Shown here: positions 36,769-44,410 of the stretch, in pieces
Layout: each line of letters opens with the position of its first letter
How positions within the stretch are numbered: the stretch's first letter is position 1
Source of the DNA: an uncultured delta proteobacterium
GTDB lineage: Bacteria; Myxococcota_A; Polyangia; Polyangiales; Polyangiaceae
Direction: 5' to 3'
Length of the DNA: 64,000 bases
NCBI GenBank assembly: GCA_963782055.1
Contig: CAWAIF010000003.1
Coordinates: forward strand, 5,600,001 to 5,664,000
Translations under genes and position numbers: made by a program
Notes under the pieces: generated by a model
What the model was told of the DNA's origin: nothing
The model's database searches: none
The model's input: only the letters and a program-made list of their open reading frames with translations

Positions 36769-37308
36769 ATGCGCACCGGCCGCCCCGAGACCTCGCGGAT
36801 CGTGGCCGTCGCCGTGCTGCTCGCGGCGATCGGGTGTCGCGACGCCCCGTCGAAGACCGACGGCGCGGCGAGCGTTGCTCCTCAGCCGAGCGCGGCCCCC
36901 TCCGCACCGGCCGTGGCGACGGGCGCGTCGCCGAGCGACGCGGGCAGACCCGTGCCCTCCAACGTCGTCTACGAGCGCTTCGAGGACCTCGGCCCCAGCT
37001 ACCGCCTCCGGCACTACGGCGTGCGCTCCTCCGGCTTCGAGGCGATCGCCCACTACACCGCCCTCCTGCACGGCCAGGAGGTGCTCACCTCCGGCGTGGG
37101 CTTCCACAGCCTCTCGCCCGACGGCGCGTACGTCGTCTACGAGGCCGACGGGCACGTCTGGCTGCACGGCGCCGCGTCCGATCGCAAGGTCTCCATGACG
37201 CCCACGCCCTTCGTGCTGCCGACCCGCGCGACGTGGGACATGGCGCACCGGAAGGTGACCGTCACCTTCACCGCGCCCACGCCGCCGAAGACCGCCGCGC
37301 TGTTTTGA
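36769..37308 (+). CDS. Hypothetical lipoprotein
   Basis: AIGC lipobox, Pro/Ala/Ser linker, LSPDGAYVVY blade-like motif. Confidence 0.7.
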   Translation: MRTGRPETSRIVAVAVLLAAIGCRDAPSKTDGAASVAPQPSAAPSAPAVATGASPSDAGRPVPSNVVYERFEDLGPSYRLRHYGVRSSGFEAIAHYTALLHGQEVLTSGVGFHSLSPDGAYVVYEADGHVWLHGAASDRKVSMTPTPFVLPTRATWDMAHRKVTVTFTAPTPPKTAALF

Positions 37309-37326
37309 GAGGGGGGTCGAAGTCAT

Positions 37327-37455
37327 CTCCCGGGCCCGGCCCCAACCCGAAGCTCCCTCGCGCGTTCCTGCCCATGGTCGGGCGGAGGCCATTCGCGGGG
37401 GAGGGCTTCGTCCCCTGCCGTTCGCCATCGGGGGGACCGGGCACGGGCACGGGAG
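37327..37455. repeat. Short element bounded by imperfect inverted CCCG(T/G)G / CACGGG hexamer arrays
   Basis: ctcccgggcccggcccc ... cgggcacgggcacgggag. Confidence 0.5.
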
Positions 37456-37479
37456 CTGGCACATGATCGTCGGTAGCCC

Positions 37480-37659
37480 GTCACCAGCGCCCAGGACATC
37501 CTCCCCGCCCGAGCGAGCGAAGCGAGCGATGGGCCGGGGGAGGACCGCCCGCGCGCACGGCTCACGCGCAGCGCGCGCAGGCCGCGAGCCCGTCACCACC
37601 GTGCACCGCGGTCGCGGCCGAGCACGCGAGCATGAGCCGGAGCACGGGCGGAGGAGGGG
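37480..37659 (+). repeat. MITE/REP-like element, copy B
   Basis: Direct repeat of 34982-35163; contains gcgaagc. Confidence 0.88.
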
Positions 37660-37683
37660 CCCACCCCCCTCTCCCGCTCTCCT

Positions 37684-38664
37684 TCACCCCCCCGGCGCGA
37701 CGTCCAGGAACGCCACCATCACGTACTCCTCCGCCGTCTTCTTCGGCCCGTCCGTGCCGGTGAGCGACCGGTAGTGCGCCTTCACCTTGCGCTTCTTGTA
37801 GCTCGAGTAGATGAACTGCGGCCCGCCCCACGACGGGAGCCACGAGTCCGCCTTGCGTCCCACGATGCCGCGCGCCTGCTCCTGCGAGACCACGCCCTGC
37901 TCGCTGTGCTCCAGGTGCTCGCGCAGCTTGCGGATCTCCTCGTGCGAGATGCCGAAGAGGAACTCCTCGAACGCGGAGAGCTCCTCCGGCGGCACGTCGT
38001 CGGAGTCGACGAAGTGGTCGAAGAAGCTGTGGTCGGTGGTGGAGGCGAGGAGGCGGAAGAACTCGCTGGTGCCCTTGAGGGTGCCGAGCACCGGCCGCAC
38101 CTTGTCGCGCGCGACCCACACCGACTCCAGCACCGGGGCGAAGTCGTCGATCTCCGCGTCCAGCCGGTGCTCCCAGATGTGGAAGAGCTCCCGCGCCGCG
38201 TGCTCCTTCACGTTCCGCTTGCCCGCGCGGTCGGTGAGGATGGCGATGAAGAGCTCCTCGGCGAGCTTGCTGTAGATGGACTGCCCCGCCTCGAACTGCA
38301 CGCGCTCCAGCAGTTCTGGCGGGGCGAGGGCGTGCTCCAGCGCGTAGCCGAGCCCCTTGAAGAAGTTGATCTTCACAAGGAGGTACGCGTTGCCGAGCAC
38401 CGCCTTCGTCGGCACGTGCATGTCCAGGTCGTAGTCGGGGACGCGGCAGAGCAGGTCGACCAGCTTCTCGCTGGAGACGCTGTGGCCGCCACGCGACTCG
38501 TGCGCGAGGCCAGGGCAGTCGAGCACGAGCTGCGCCGCGCGCCCGAGCCGGTCGAGCCCTTCCCGCACCGCAGCCACCTCCTCCGGCGTCCGTTGCGCGA
38601 GCAGTCCGAGCGCGGCGTCCACCGTCCCGCGCTCCCCGTCATCGAAGAAGAACCACCCCGTCAT
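37684..38664 (-). CDS. Conserved-looking cytoplasmic hypothetical protein
   Basis: Strong GC3 bias, balanced globular composition; start ATG 38664 or 38673. Confidence 0.8.
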   Translation of the reverse strand: MTGWFFFDDGERGTVDAALGLLAQRTPEEVAAVREGLDRLGRAAQLVLDCPGLAHESRGGHSVSSEKLVDLLCRVPDYDLDMHVPTKAVLGNAYLLVKINFFKGLGYALEHALAPPELLERVQFEAGQSIYSKLAEELFIAILTDRAGKRNVKEHAARELFHIWEHRLDAEIDDFAPVLESVWVARDKVRPVLGTLKGTSEFFRLLASTTDHSFFDHFVDSDDVPPEELSAFEEFLFGISHEEIRKLREHLEHSEQGVVSQEQARGIVGRKADSWLPSWGGPQFIYSSYKKRKVKAHYRSLTGTDGPKKTAEEYVMVAFLDVAPGG

Positions 38665-38756
38665 CGCCCGCATGCAGAAGCATAGCGCCTTTGGGAGGGA
38701 TCACGGGCGGAGCGGAGACAGAAACCCCGATCTCCACAACTCCCGTGATGCCTCGT

Positions 38757-40025
38757 TCACGGTTCCCGGTAGAACCTCGGGACACGGCGCGACACCGCGC
38801 ACAGCACCTCCCACGCGATGGTGTGCTCGTGCTCCGCCAGCTCATCGGCGGTGATCGCGTCCTTGCCGAGCGGGCCCTCCTGCGCGCCGAGCACTACCGC
38901 CTCGTCGCGCACGCTCACGCCCGGGTGATCGGTCACGTCGATCATGGTCATGTCCATCGACACCGCGCCGACGATGGGCGCGCGCTTGCCGCGCACCAGG
39001 ACGTGCCCCTTGTTGGTCAGGTGACGGGAGAGGCCGTCGGCGTAGCCCATGGGGATCGTCGCGACGCGCGTGGTGCGCGGGGCATGCCAGAGCGCGCCGT
39101 AGCCCACCGGGGAGCCGGCCGGGATCTCGCGCAGGCTGACGATCTCGCTGCGCACGCGCATGACCGGGTGCAGGTCGGTCGCCAGCGAGCTGCCCTCGGC
39201 GCGCGGCGCCACGCCGAAGAGGGCGATGCCGGGCCGCACCGCGTCGAGGTGCGCCTGATCGCGCAGCAGCGCGGCGGTGTTGGCGGCGTGCCGCACCTCC
39301 GGCCGCACGCCGTGCTTCGCGAGCAGCGCGGTCGCCTCGTCGAAGCGAACCATCTGCTCGGTGGTCTCCTCCTCCGTCGGCGCGTCGGCGCACGCGAGGT
39401 GCGTCATCAGCCCGCGCACCCGCACCTCCGGGAAGTCGGCCAGCGCCTCGGCGAAGCTCGCCAGGGCCTCCGTCCGCACGCCCAGGCGCGCCATGCCGGT
39501 GTCCACCTTGAGGTGCACACCCACCGGGCCCTGCACGTGCCCGCCGCGCACCAGGCGCGCGAAGCCCTCCACGTGCGCGAGATCGTAGACGACGGGCGTG
39601 AGCCCGCGCGCGAGCACCTCCTCGTGCGCGCCGCCGTAGTAGCCGCCCATCACCAGGATGGGCGCGGTGATCCCCGCCTCGCGCAGCTCGACCCCCTCCT
39701 CCAGAAGGGCGACGCAGAAGCCGTCGGCGCCGGCGCGCTCCAGGGTGCGCGCCACCGCGGGGGCGCCGTGGCCGTAGCCGTCCGCCTTGAGCACCGCCCA
39801 CACCTTCGCGCCCTTCGCGTGGCGCTTGACCACCCGCAGGTTCTGGCGCAGCGCCTGGAGGTTCACCTCCGCGCGGGTGGGGCGCACGGCGTCGGCCGGG
39901 GCGGCACGACGCGGCCGGAGCACGCGGGTGTTGCCCGGGAGCTGCGAGGCGGAGGACGACGGCGCCGGCGGGAGCGCCACGGCTGAGGCAGAGGCGGACG
40001 CCGGCGGGGGGTTGCTGCTCTTCAC
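38757..40025 (-). CDS. alr: Alanine racemase
   Basis: AVLKADGYGHG (PLP Lys), HLKVDTGMARLG, VRPGIALFG, GYADG, VSMD. Confidence 0.97.
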   Translation of the reverse strand: MKSSNPPPASASASAVALPPAPSSSASQLPGNTRVLRPRRAAPADAVRPTRAEVNLQALRQNLRVVKRHAKGAKVWAVLKADGYGHGAPAVARTLERAGADGFCVALLEEGVELREAGITAPILVMGGYYGGAHEEVLARGLTPVVYDLAHVEGFARLVRGGHVQGPVGVHLKVDTGMARLGVRTEALASFAEALADFPEVRVRGLMTHLACADAPTEEETTEQMVRFDEATALLAKHGVRPEVRHAANTAALLRDQAHLDAVRPGIALFGVAPRAEGSSLATDLHPVMRVRSEIVSLREIPAGSPVGYGALWHAPRTTRVATIPMGYADGLSRHLTNKGHVLVRGKRAPIVGAVSMDMTMIDVTDHPGVSVRDEAVVLGAQEGPLGKDAITADELAEHEHTIAWEVLCAVSRRVPRFYREP

Positions 40026-40118
40026 GGGTACTACTCGCTACCGGTACCCCAAACGAAGCGCAAGCGAGACCGCTTCCAGGAACCCACCTTCACGCCGGCG
40101 CGGGTATAGTCGGGTCTC

Positions 40119-42575
40119 ATGGGCCACCAGGTCCACGCGCAGACACCCACCGAGACGGCCGCGACCTTCGACGAGGTCCGGGCGAGGGTGGTGCACCGGC
40201 GCGTGCGCACCTCCGTACGCCTCGTCGCCGGCTTCTACCTCGTCAACATCCTGGTCGGACCGCTCGCGGCGCCGCCGCAGGTGCGCGGCGCGCTGATCCT
40301 GCACCTGGGCGAGATGTTCGCGACCGCCCTCGCCAGCGCGCTCGTTCTCTCGCGGGCGCACAAGCCCTGGCAGGTGGAAGCCAACTTCGCCGTCACGGCC
40401 ACCATCCTCATGACCATCTCCGGCATCGCCCGGACCCCGCCGTACACGCTGTCCATCACCGCGGGGGCGTCCTTCGTGCTCCTCGGCGTGCTGGGCGTCG
40501 CGACCAAGCTTCCCCTGCGCTCCGCCGCACCGATGTTCGCGGCGAGCTGGCTGGCGCTCTACGTCGAGTCGAAGATCGCCGGCAGCTCCATCTTCATCCC
40601 GCTCTTCGCCGCCGCGTTCGGCTACGTGATGCTCTGCTTCCACGCGCGATCGCGCGACAGGCTGGAGCGCGAGGGGTTCGAGGGACGACAGCGCCTCGCC
40701 GAGGCCAACGAGCGCCTGCGCGCGTCGGACGAGGCGCGCTCGCGACTGTTCATCAACCTGAGCCACGACTTCCGGACCCCGCTGGCGGTCATCGCCGGCG
40801 AGGCGGAGCTCCTCGCCGCGCGCGCTACTGAGGGGGAGGACGCGGCAGCGCTGGCGCGCGTGCGGCGCAACGCCGCCGCGCTCGCCGACCTCACCGATCA
40901 GCTCCTGGAGCTCGCGCGGCTGGAAGCAGGCAGGACGCCGTGCATCCGCGCGCCGTTCGACCTGCCCGCTCTCGCGCGAGACGTGGCGCTGCAGCTTCAG
41001 CCCTCGCGCGGCAACGCGCGCGTGGTGGTGACCGGAGAGCCGACGCTCACCGTGAAGGCAGACCCCACGCACGTGCGGCGCGTGCTCGGCAACCTGGTGG
41101 CCAACGGGCTGCGACAGGTGGAGCGCCGGGGCGGGACGGTCACGCTGACGCTCTCGCGTGACGGGCACGAGGGTGGCGCGGGCGTGGTGGAGGTGAGCGA
41201 CGACGGCGACGGGATCGCGCCCGAGCGTCGGCTGGTCATCTTCGAGCGCTTCGCCTCCTTCGACGCGGCCGGGAGCGTGGCGTCGGGCATCGGGCTGCCG
41301 CTGGCGCGGGAGCTCGCCGCGCTCAACGGTGGATTGCTCGTGCTGCTCGAAGGTGTGGCGCGCACCACGTTCCGGCTCCGCCTCCCTTCCACGGGCGAGG
41401 CGGCCACCCCCTTCCCGCTCGCGCCGCAAGACGTCGCTGGCCACGCGGCCGGGGGGGACCCGCCGGAGGCGAAGCGTGAGCGGCCGGCCCTGCTCGTGGT
41501 GGAGGACCATCACGAGATGGCCGCCGTCCTGACCCGGGTGCTGGCGGCGAAGTTCACGGTCCGCCTCGCCACGACGATGGGAGAGGCGCGCGCGGCCCTG
41601 GCCGGGGCGCTTCCGCGCGCGGTGGTCTGCGATGTGATGCTGCCCGACGGCGACGGCTACGGCCTGCTGGAGTGCCTGCGCGACCGCGACGACCTCGTGC
41701 CCTTCGTCTTCGTGTCGGCGCTCGGACAACCGGCGGAGCGCGCGCGGGGCCTGCGCGCGGGGGCGGACGACTATCTGGCCAAGCCCTTCTCCGGCGAGGA
41801 GCTCGTCGCGCGCGTCGTGCGCGCCGTCGAGCGCGCCGAGGCGCGGGAGCGGGCGCTCGCCGCCCAGCGGCAGGACTTCCTCGCTGAAGTGCACGACGGT
41901 GTGAGCGCCAGCCTGACGCGGGCCGCGCTCGCGCTGGAGTCCAGCGGGGCGCGCCCTGCGCTCTCGCACCCGCCGGATCCCGACGCGACCTCCGACGCGC
42001 TCGCTGCCGTGCGTGACGGCCTCGCCGAGGCGCGCGCGATGATGACCCTCCTCGAGGCGAGGCACGAGGACTGGTCCGCCGTCGCGGCGGACGTGCGACG
42101 TGAGACCGCCGACGTGTGCGGGCGTGCTGCGCTCACCGTGCGCTTCGACATCACGAGCGACGACGATCGTGCCCGCCTCTCGCCGGCGGAGGCCCTCACC
42201 GTGCGGCGCGTGGTGCGCGAGGCGATCACCAACGTCCTGAAGCACGCGGGGGCGCACGCCGTGGAATGCACGCTGGGACTTCGCCACGGCCAGGTGCACG
42301 CGCGGGTGGAGGACGACGGCCGCGGCGTCACCACCAGCGATCGCCCTGGCCGCGGCCTGGGCATCCTCGCGCGAAGGGTGGGCCGCCTGGGCGGGATCAC
42401 GGCCTTCGGGCTGGTACCCGGCGGCGGCGGCTTCGTCGAGGCCCGCTTCCCTCTCGCGGGCTCTGCCCTGCCCACATCGGCCGACGACATCGCCACCGAG
42501 CACGCAGGAGCTGCGCCCTCGCGCAGGCCCGCCCCCCTCCTCTCCTCCCGCGAGGGAGAGGGGGCGGGAGGATGA
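40119..42575 (+). CDS. Membrane hybrid sensor kinase: TM-HisKA-HATPase-REC-HisKA_3-HATPase
   Basis: SHDFRTPL, NLVAN, DDGDGI, GIGLP; REC VVEDH/CDVMLP/KPF; EVHDGV, EAITNVLKHA, EDDGRG, GRGLG. Confidence 0.9.
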   Translation: MGHQVHAQTPTETAATFDEVRARVVHRRVRTSVRLVAGFYLVNILVGPLAAPPQVRGALILHLGEMFATALASALVLSRAHKPWQVEANFAVTATILMTISGIARTPPYTLSITAGASFVLLGVLGVATKLPLRSAAPMFAASWLALYVESKIAGSSIFIPLFAAAFGYVMLCFHARSRDRLEREGFEGRQRLAEANERLRASDEARSRLFINLSHDFRTPLAVIAGEAELLAARATEGEDAAALARVRRNAAALADLTDQLLELARLEAGRTPCIRAPFDLPALARDVALQLQPSRGNARVVVTGEPTLTVKADPTHVRRVLGNLVANGLRQVERRGGTVTLTLSRDGHEGGAGVVEVSDDGDGIAPERRLVIFERFASFDAAGSVASGIGLPLARELAALNGGLLVLLEGVARTTFRLRLPSTGEAATPFPLAPQDVAGHAAGGDPPEAKRERPALLVVEDHHEMAAVLTRVLAAKFTVRLATTMGEARAALAGALPRAVVCDVMLPDGDGYGLLECLRDRDDLVPFVFVSALGQPAERARGLRAGADDYLAKPFSGEELVARVVRAVERAEARERALAAQRQDFLAEVHDGVSASLTRAALALESSGARPALSHPPDPDATSDALAAVRDGLAEARAMMTLLEARHEDWSAVAADVRRETADVCGRAALTVRFDITSDDDRARLSPAEALTVRRVVREAITNVLKHAGAHAVECTLGLRHGQVHARVEDDGRGVTTSDRPGRGLGILARRVGRLGGITAFGLVPGGGGFVEARFPLAGSALPTSADDIATEHAGAAPSRRPAPLLSSREGEGAGG
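42528..42568. repeat. REP-like GC hairpin at a convergent gene junction
   Basis: cccgccccc..tctcc ... gggagagggggcggg; related to 44333-44361. Confidence 0.55.
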
Positions 42576-42594
42576 GCTCGGGTTCCCGGAGCGC

Positions 42595-42819
42595 TCAGTG
42601 CGCCGAGCGGATGCGATGCCCGCTGAGCGGCAGATGCCACAGCGGCGCGAACAGACACACGTCGAACACCCCCGCGAAGAAGGGGATCAGGCCGACAATC
42701 GCGAGCACCGAGCCGGCGGGGCCGCCGAGCCAGCCCAGGCCGAGGTACATGAGGAAGACGCCGGCGATCACCCGGATGACCCGGCCTGTCGGCGACGCCA
42801 TGAAGTGGACGAAACGCAT
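42595..42819 (-). CDS. DUF2892 (YgaP-like) small membrane protein
   Basis: GRVIRVIAG, VGLIPFFAG..DVCL; GGAGG RBS. Confidence 0.85.
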   Translation of the reverse strand: MRFVHFMASPTGRVIRVIAGVFLMYLGLGWLGGPAGSVLAIVGLIPFFAGVFDVCLFAPLWHLPLSGHRIRSAH

Positions 42820-42912
42820 GGGACACCTCCTGCTCCTTCGCGCTGCACCCGCCGTGCCACTCGCGTGAGCACGGCGGCGGCGTGCTCGCACGGGGCGTGC
42901 TTCCTCCATCGC

Positions 42913-43548
42913 ATGGTCGACTCGCTCCTCGCGCAGGCGGTGCTCCTCTGGTCGGTCATCGACCCGATCGGCACGCTCCCGGTGTTCCTGCGGGAGGCGC
43001 GCGGGCTCGAGCCGCGGGAGGCGCGCAAGCTCGCGACGCAGGCGGTGGCCTTCGCGACGGGGGTGCTCGTCTTCTTCGTCGTGCTCGGCCAGCTCCTGCT
43101 GGAGGCGATGGGGATCTCCCTCGAGGCGTTCCGCATCGCGGGCGGGGTCCTGCTCTTCCTCTTCTCACTCACGATGGTCTTCGGCGAGAGCAAACCGAGC
43201 CAGGAGCTGCGGCTCGCGGACCAGAAGCGCACCGCGGGGCGCGCGCTCTACCCGCTCGCCGTCCCGTCCATCGCCTCGCCAGGTGCGCTGCTCGCCGCGG
43301 TGCTGCTCACCGACAACCATCGCCACGCGTGGACGAGCCAGGCGACGACCTCCCTGATCATGCTCGGCGTGCTCCTCGTCACGTGGCTGCTCCTGCTCGT
43401 CGCGCGTCCGCTGGAGCGGGTGCTCGGACTGGCAGGCACCGAGATGGTGAGCCGCATCATGGGCATCCTGCTGGCGTCCCTCGCCACGCAGCAGATCCTC
43501 GTCGGCATCGCGCGCTTCTTCCATCTCCCGGGGGCCGAGGCCGGATGA
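42913..43548 (+). CDS. marC: MarC family membrane protein
   Basis: IDPIGTLPVF, GISLEAFRIAGGVLLF, YPLAVPSIASPGA, SRIMGILL. Confidence 0.93.
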   Translation: MVDSLLAQAVLLWSVIDPIGTLPVFLREARGLEPREARKLATQAVAFATGVLVFFVVLGQLLLEAMGISLEAFRIAGGVLLFLFSLTMVFGESKPSQELRLADQKRTAGRALYPLAVPSIASPGALLAAVLLTDNHRHAWTSQATTSLIMLGVLLVTWLLLLVARPLERVLGLAGTEMVSRIMGILLASLATQQILVGIARFFHLPGAEAG

Positions 43549-43569
43549 CCGCCGCTCGGGGCGCGCCGT

Positions 43570-44139
43570 TCACTTCGGCGGACCGGGAACCCAGCCACCC
43601 TTCGGCACCTCGTCGGGCGCGAGGGGGACGCGCAGGAGCACCTCCTTCACGCACGCCACCAGCCCTGGCGGGAGGTCCTTCGCCTTCACGCGGACCTCCT
43701 TCGCCACGCCGTGCGCGTCGTACCGGATGCGGATGTCCTCGATGGACCCGCTCATCGACGGGTTGGAGGCGAGGGCCCTGCGGTAGCATGCGCGCATTCC
43801 GGACATCGCCTGGGCGAGCACCCGCTCGGCGGAGCTCTTCGCAGGCCCGGAGGGGAGCCAGGCGAGGCCGGTCGCCGGCGCGGTGGGGGGCGGCGTCGCA
43901 CTCGCCGAGGGCGCGGGCGCGGCCGACATCGCGGGCGCGGCCGACGACGCCGCAGCGGACGGCGGAGCCGTACCCGCGTCGTCACCGGCCGCGGGAGCCG
44001 CCGACTTCCCCGCTCCGGCATCCCCCGCCTCGACGCTCGCGATCGCCGGTCCGCCCGGGCTCGTCTGCGGCGCCGCAGCGGGAGCCGCCTCTCCCTGACA
44101 GGCCACGAGCACTCCGATCAGCCCCAGCATCGCCCGCAT
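43570..44139 (-). CDS. Lipoprotein with AgmX/PglI-like C-terminal domain
   Basis: LVAC lipobox, Ala/Pro linker, MRACYRRALASNPSMSG, LVACV. Confidence 0.75.
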   Translation of the reverse strand: MRAMLGLIGVLVACQGEAAPAAAPQTSPGGPAIASVEAGDAGAGKSAAPAAGDDAGTAPPSAAASSAAPAMSAAPAPSASATPPPTAPATGLAWLPSGPAKSSAERVLAQAMSGMRACYRRALASNPSMSGSIEDIRIRYDAHGVAKEVRVKAKDLPPGLVACVKEVLLRVPLAPDEVPKGGWVPGPPK

Positions 44140-44157
44140 CCCTCCCACCCTACCACG

Positions 44158-44340
44158 CCCCCCTCCATCTCTTCTCCCCCTCCATACTCTTCTCCCCCTC
44201 CATCTCTTCTTCCCCCTCCATCTCTTCTCCCCCTCCATCTCTTCTCCCCCCTCCATCTCTTCTCCCCCTCCATCTCTTCTCCCCCTCCATCTCTTCTCCC
44301 CCTCCATCTCTTCTCCCCCCTCCATCTCTTCTCCCCCCTC
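44158..44340. repeat. Tandem repeat (C5-6)TCCATCTCTTCT, about 10 copies of 17-18 bp
   Basis: tccat recurs at about 44164, 44181, 44199, 44217, 44234, 44252, 44269, 44286, 44303 and 44321. Confidence 0.95.
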
Positions 44341-44409
44341 TCCCTCGTAGGGAGAGGGGGGCAGGGGGGGTGAGGCGGTGAGGGGGGCGGGGGGGGTGAG
44401 GCGGTGAGG
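44333..44409. repeat. REP-like hairpin plus duplicated G-rich tail
   Basis: cccccctctccct-cgt-agggagagggggg followed by ggggggtgaggcggtgagg twice. Confidence 0.7.
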
Positions 44410-44410
44410 C

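Noticed and set aside
44158..44340. Possible CRISPR array
   Set aside because: Units are adjacent with no unique spacers and no cas genes; it is a simple tandem repeat
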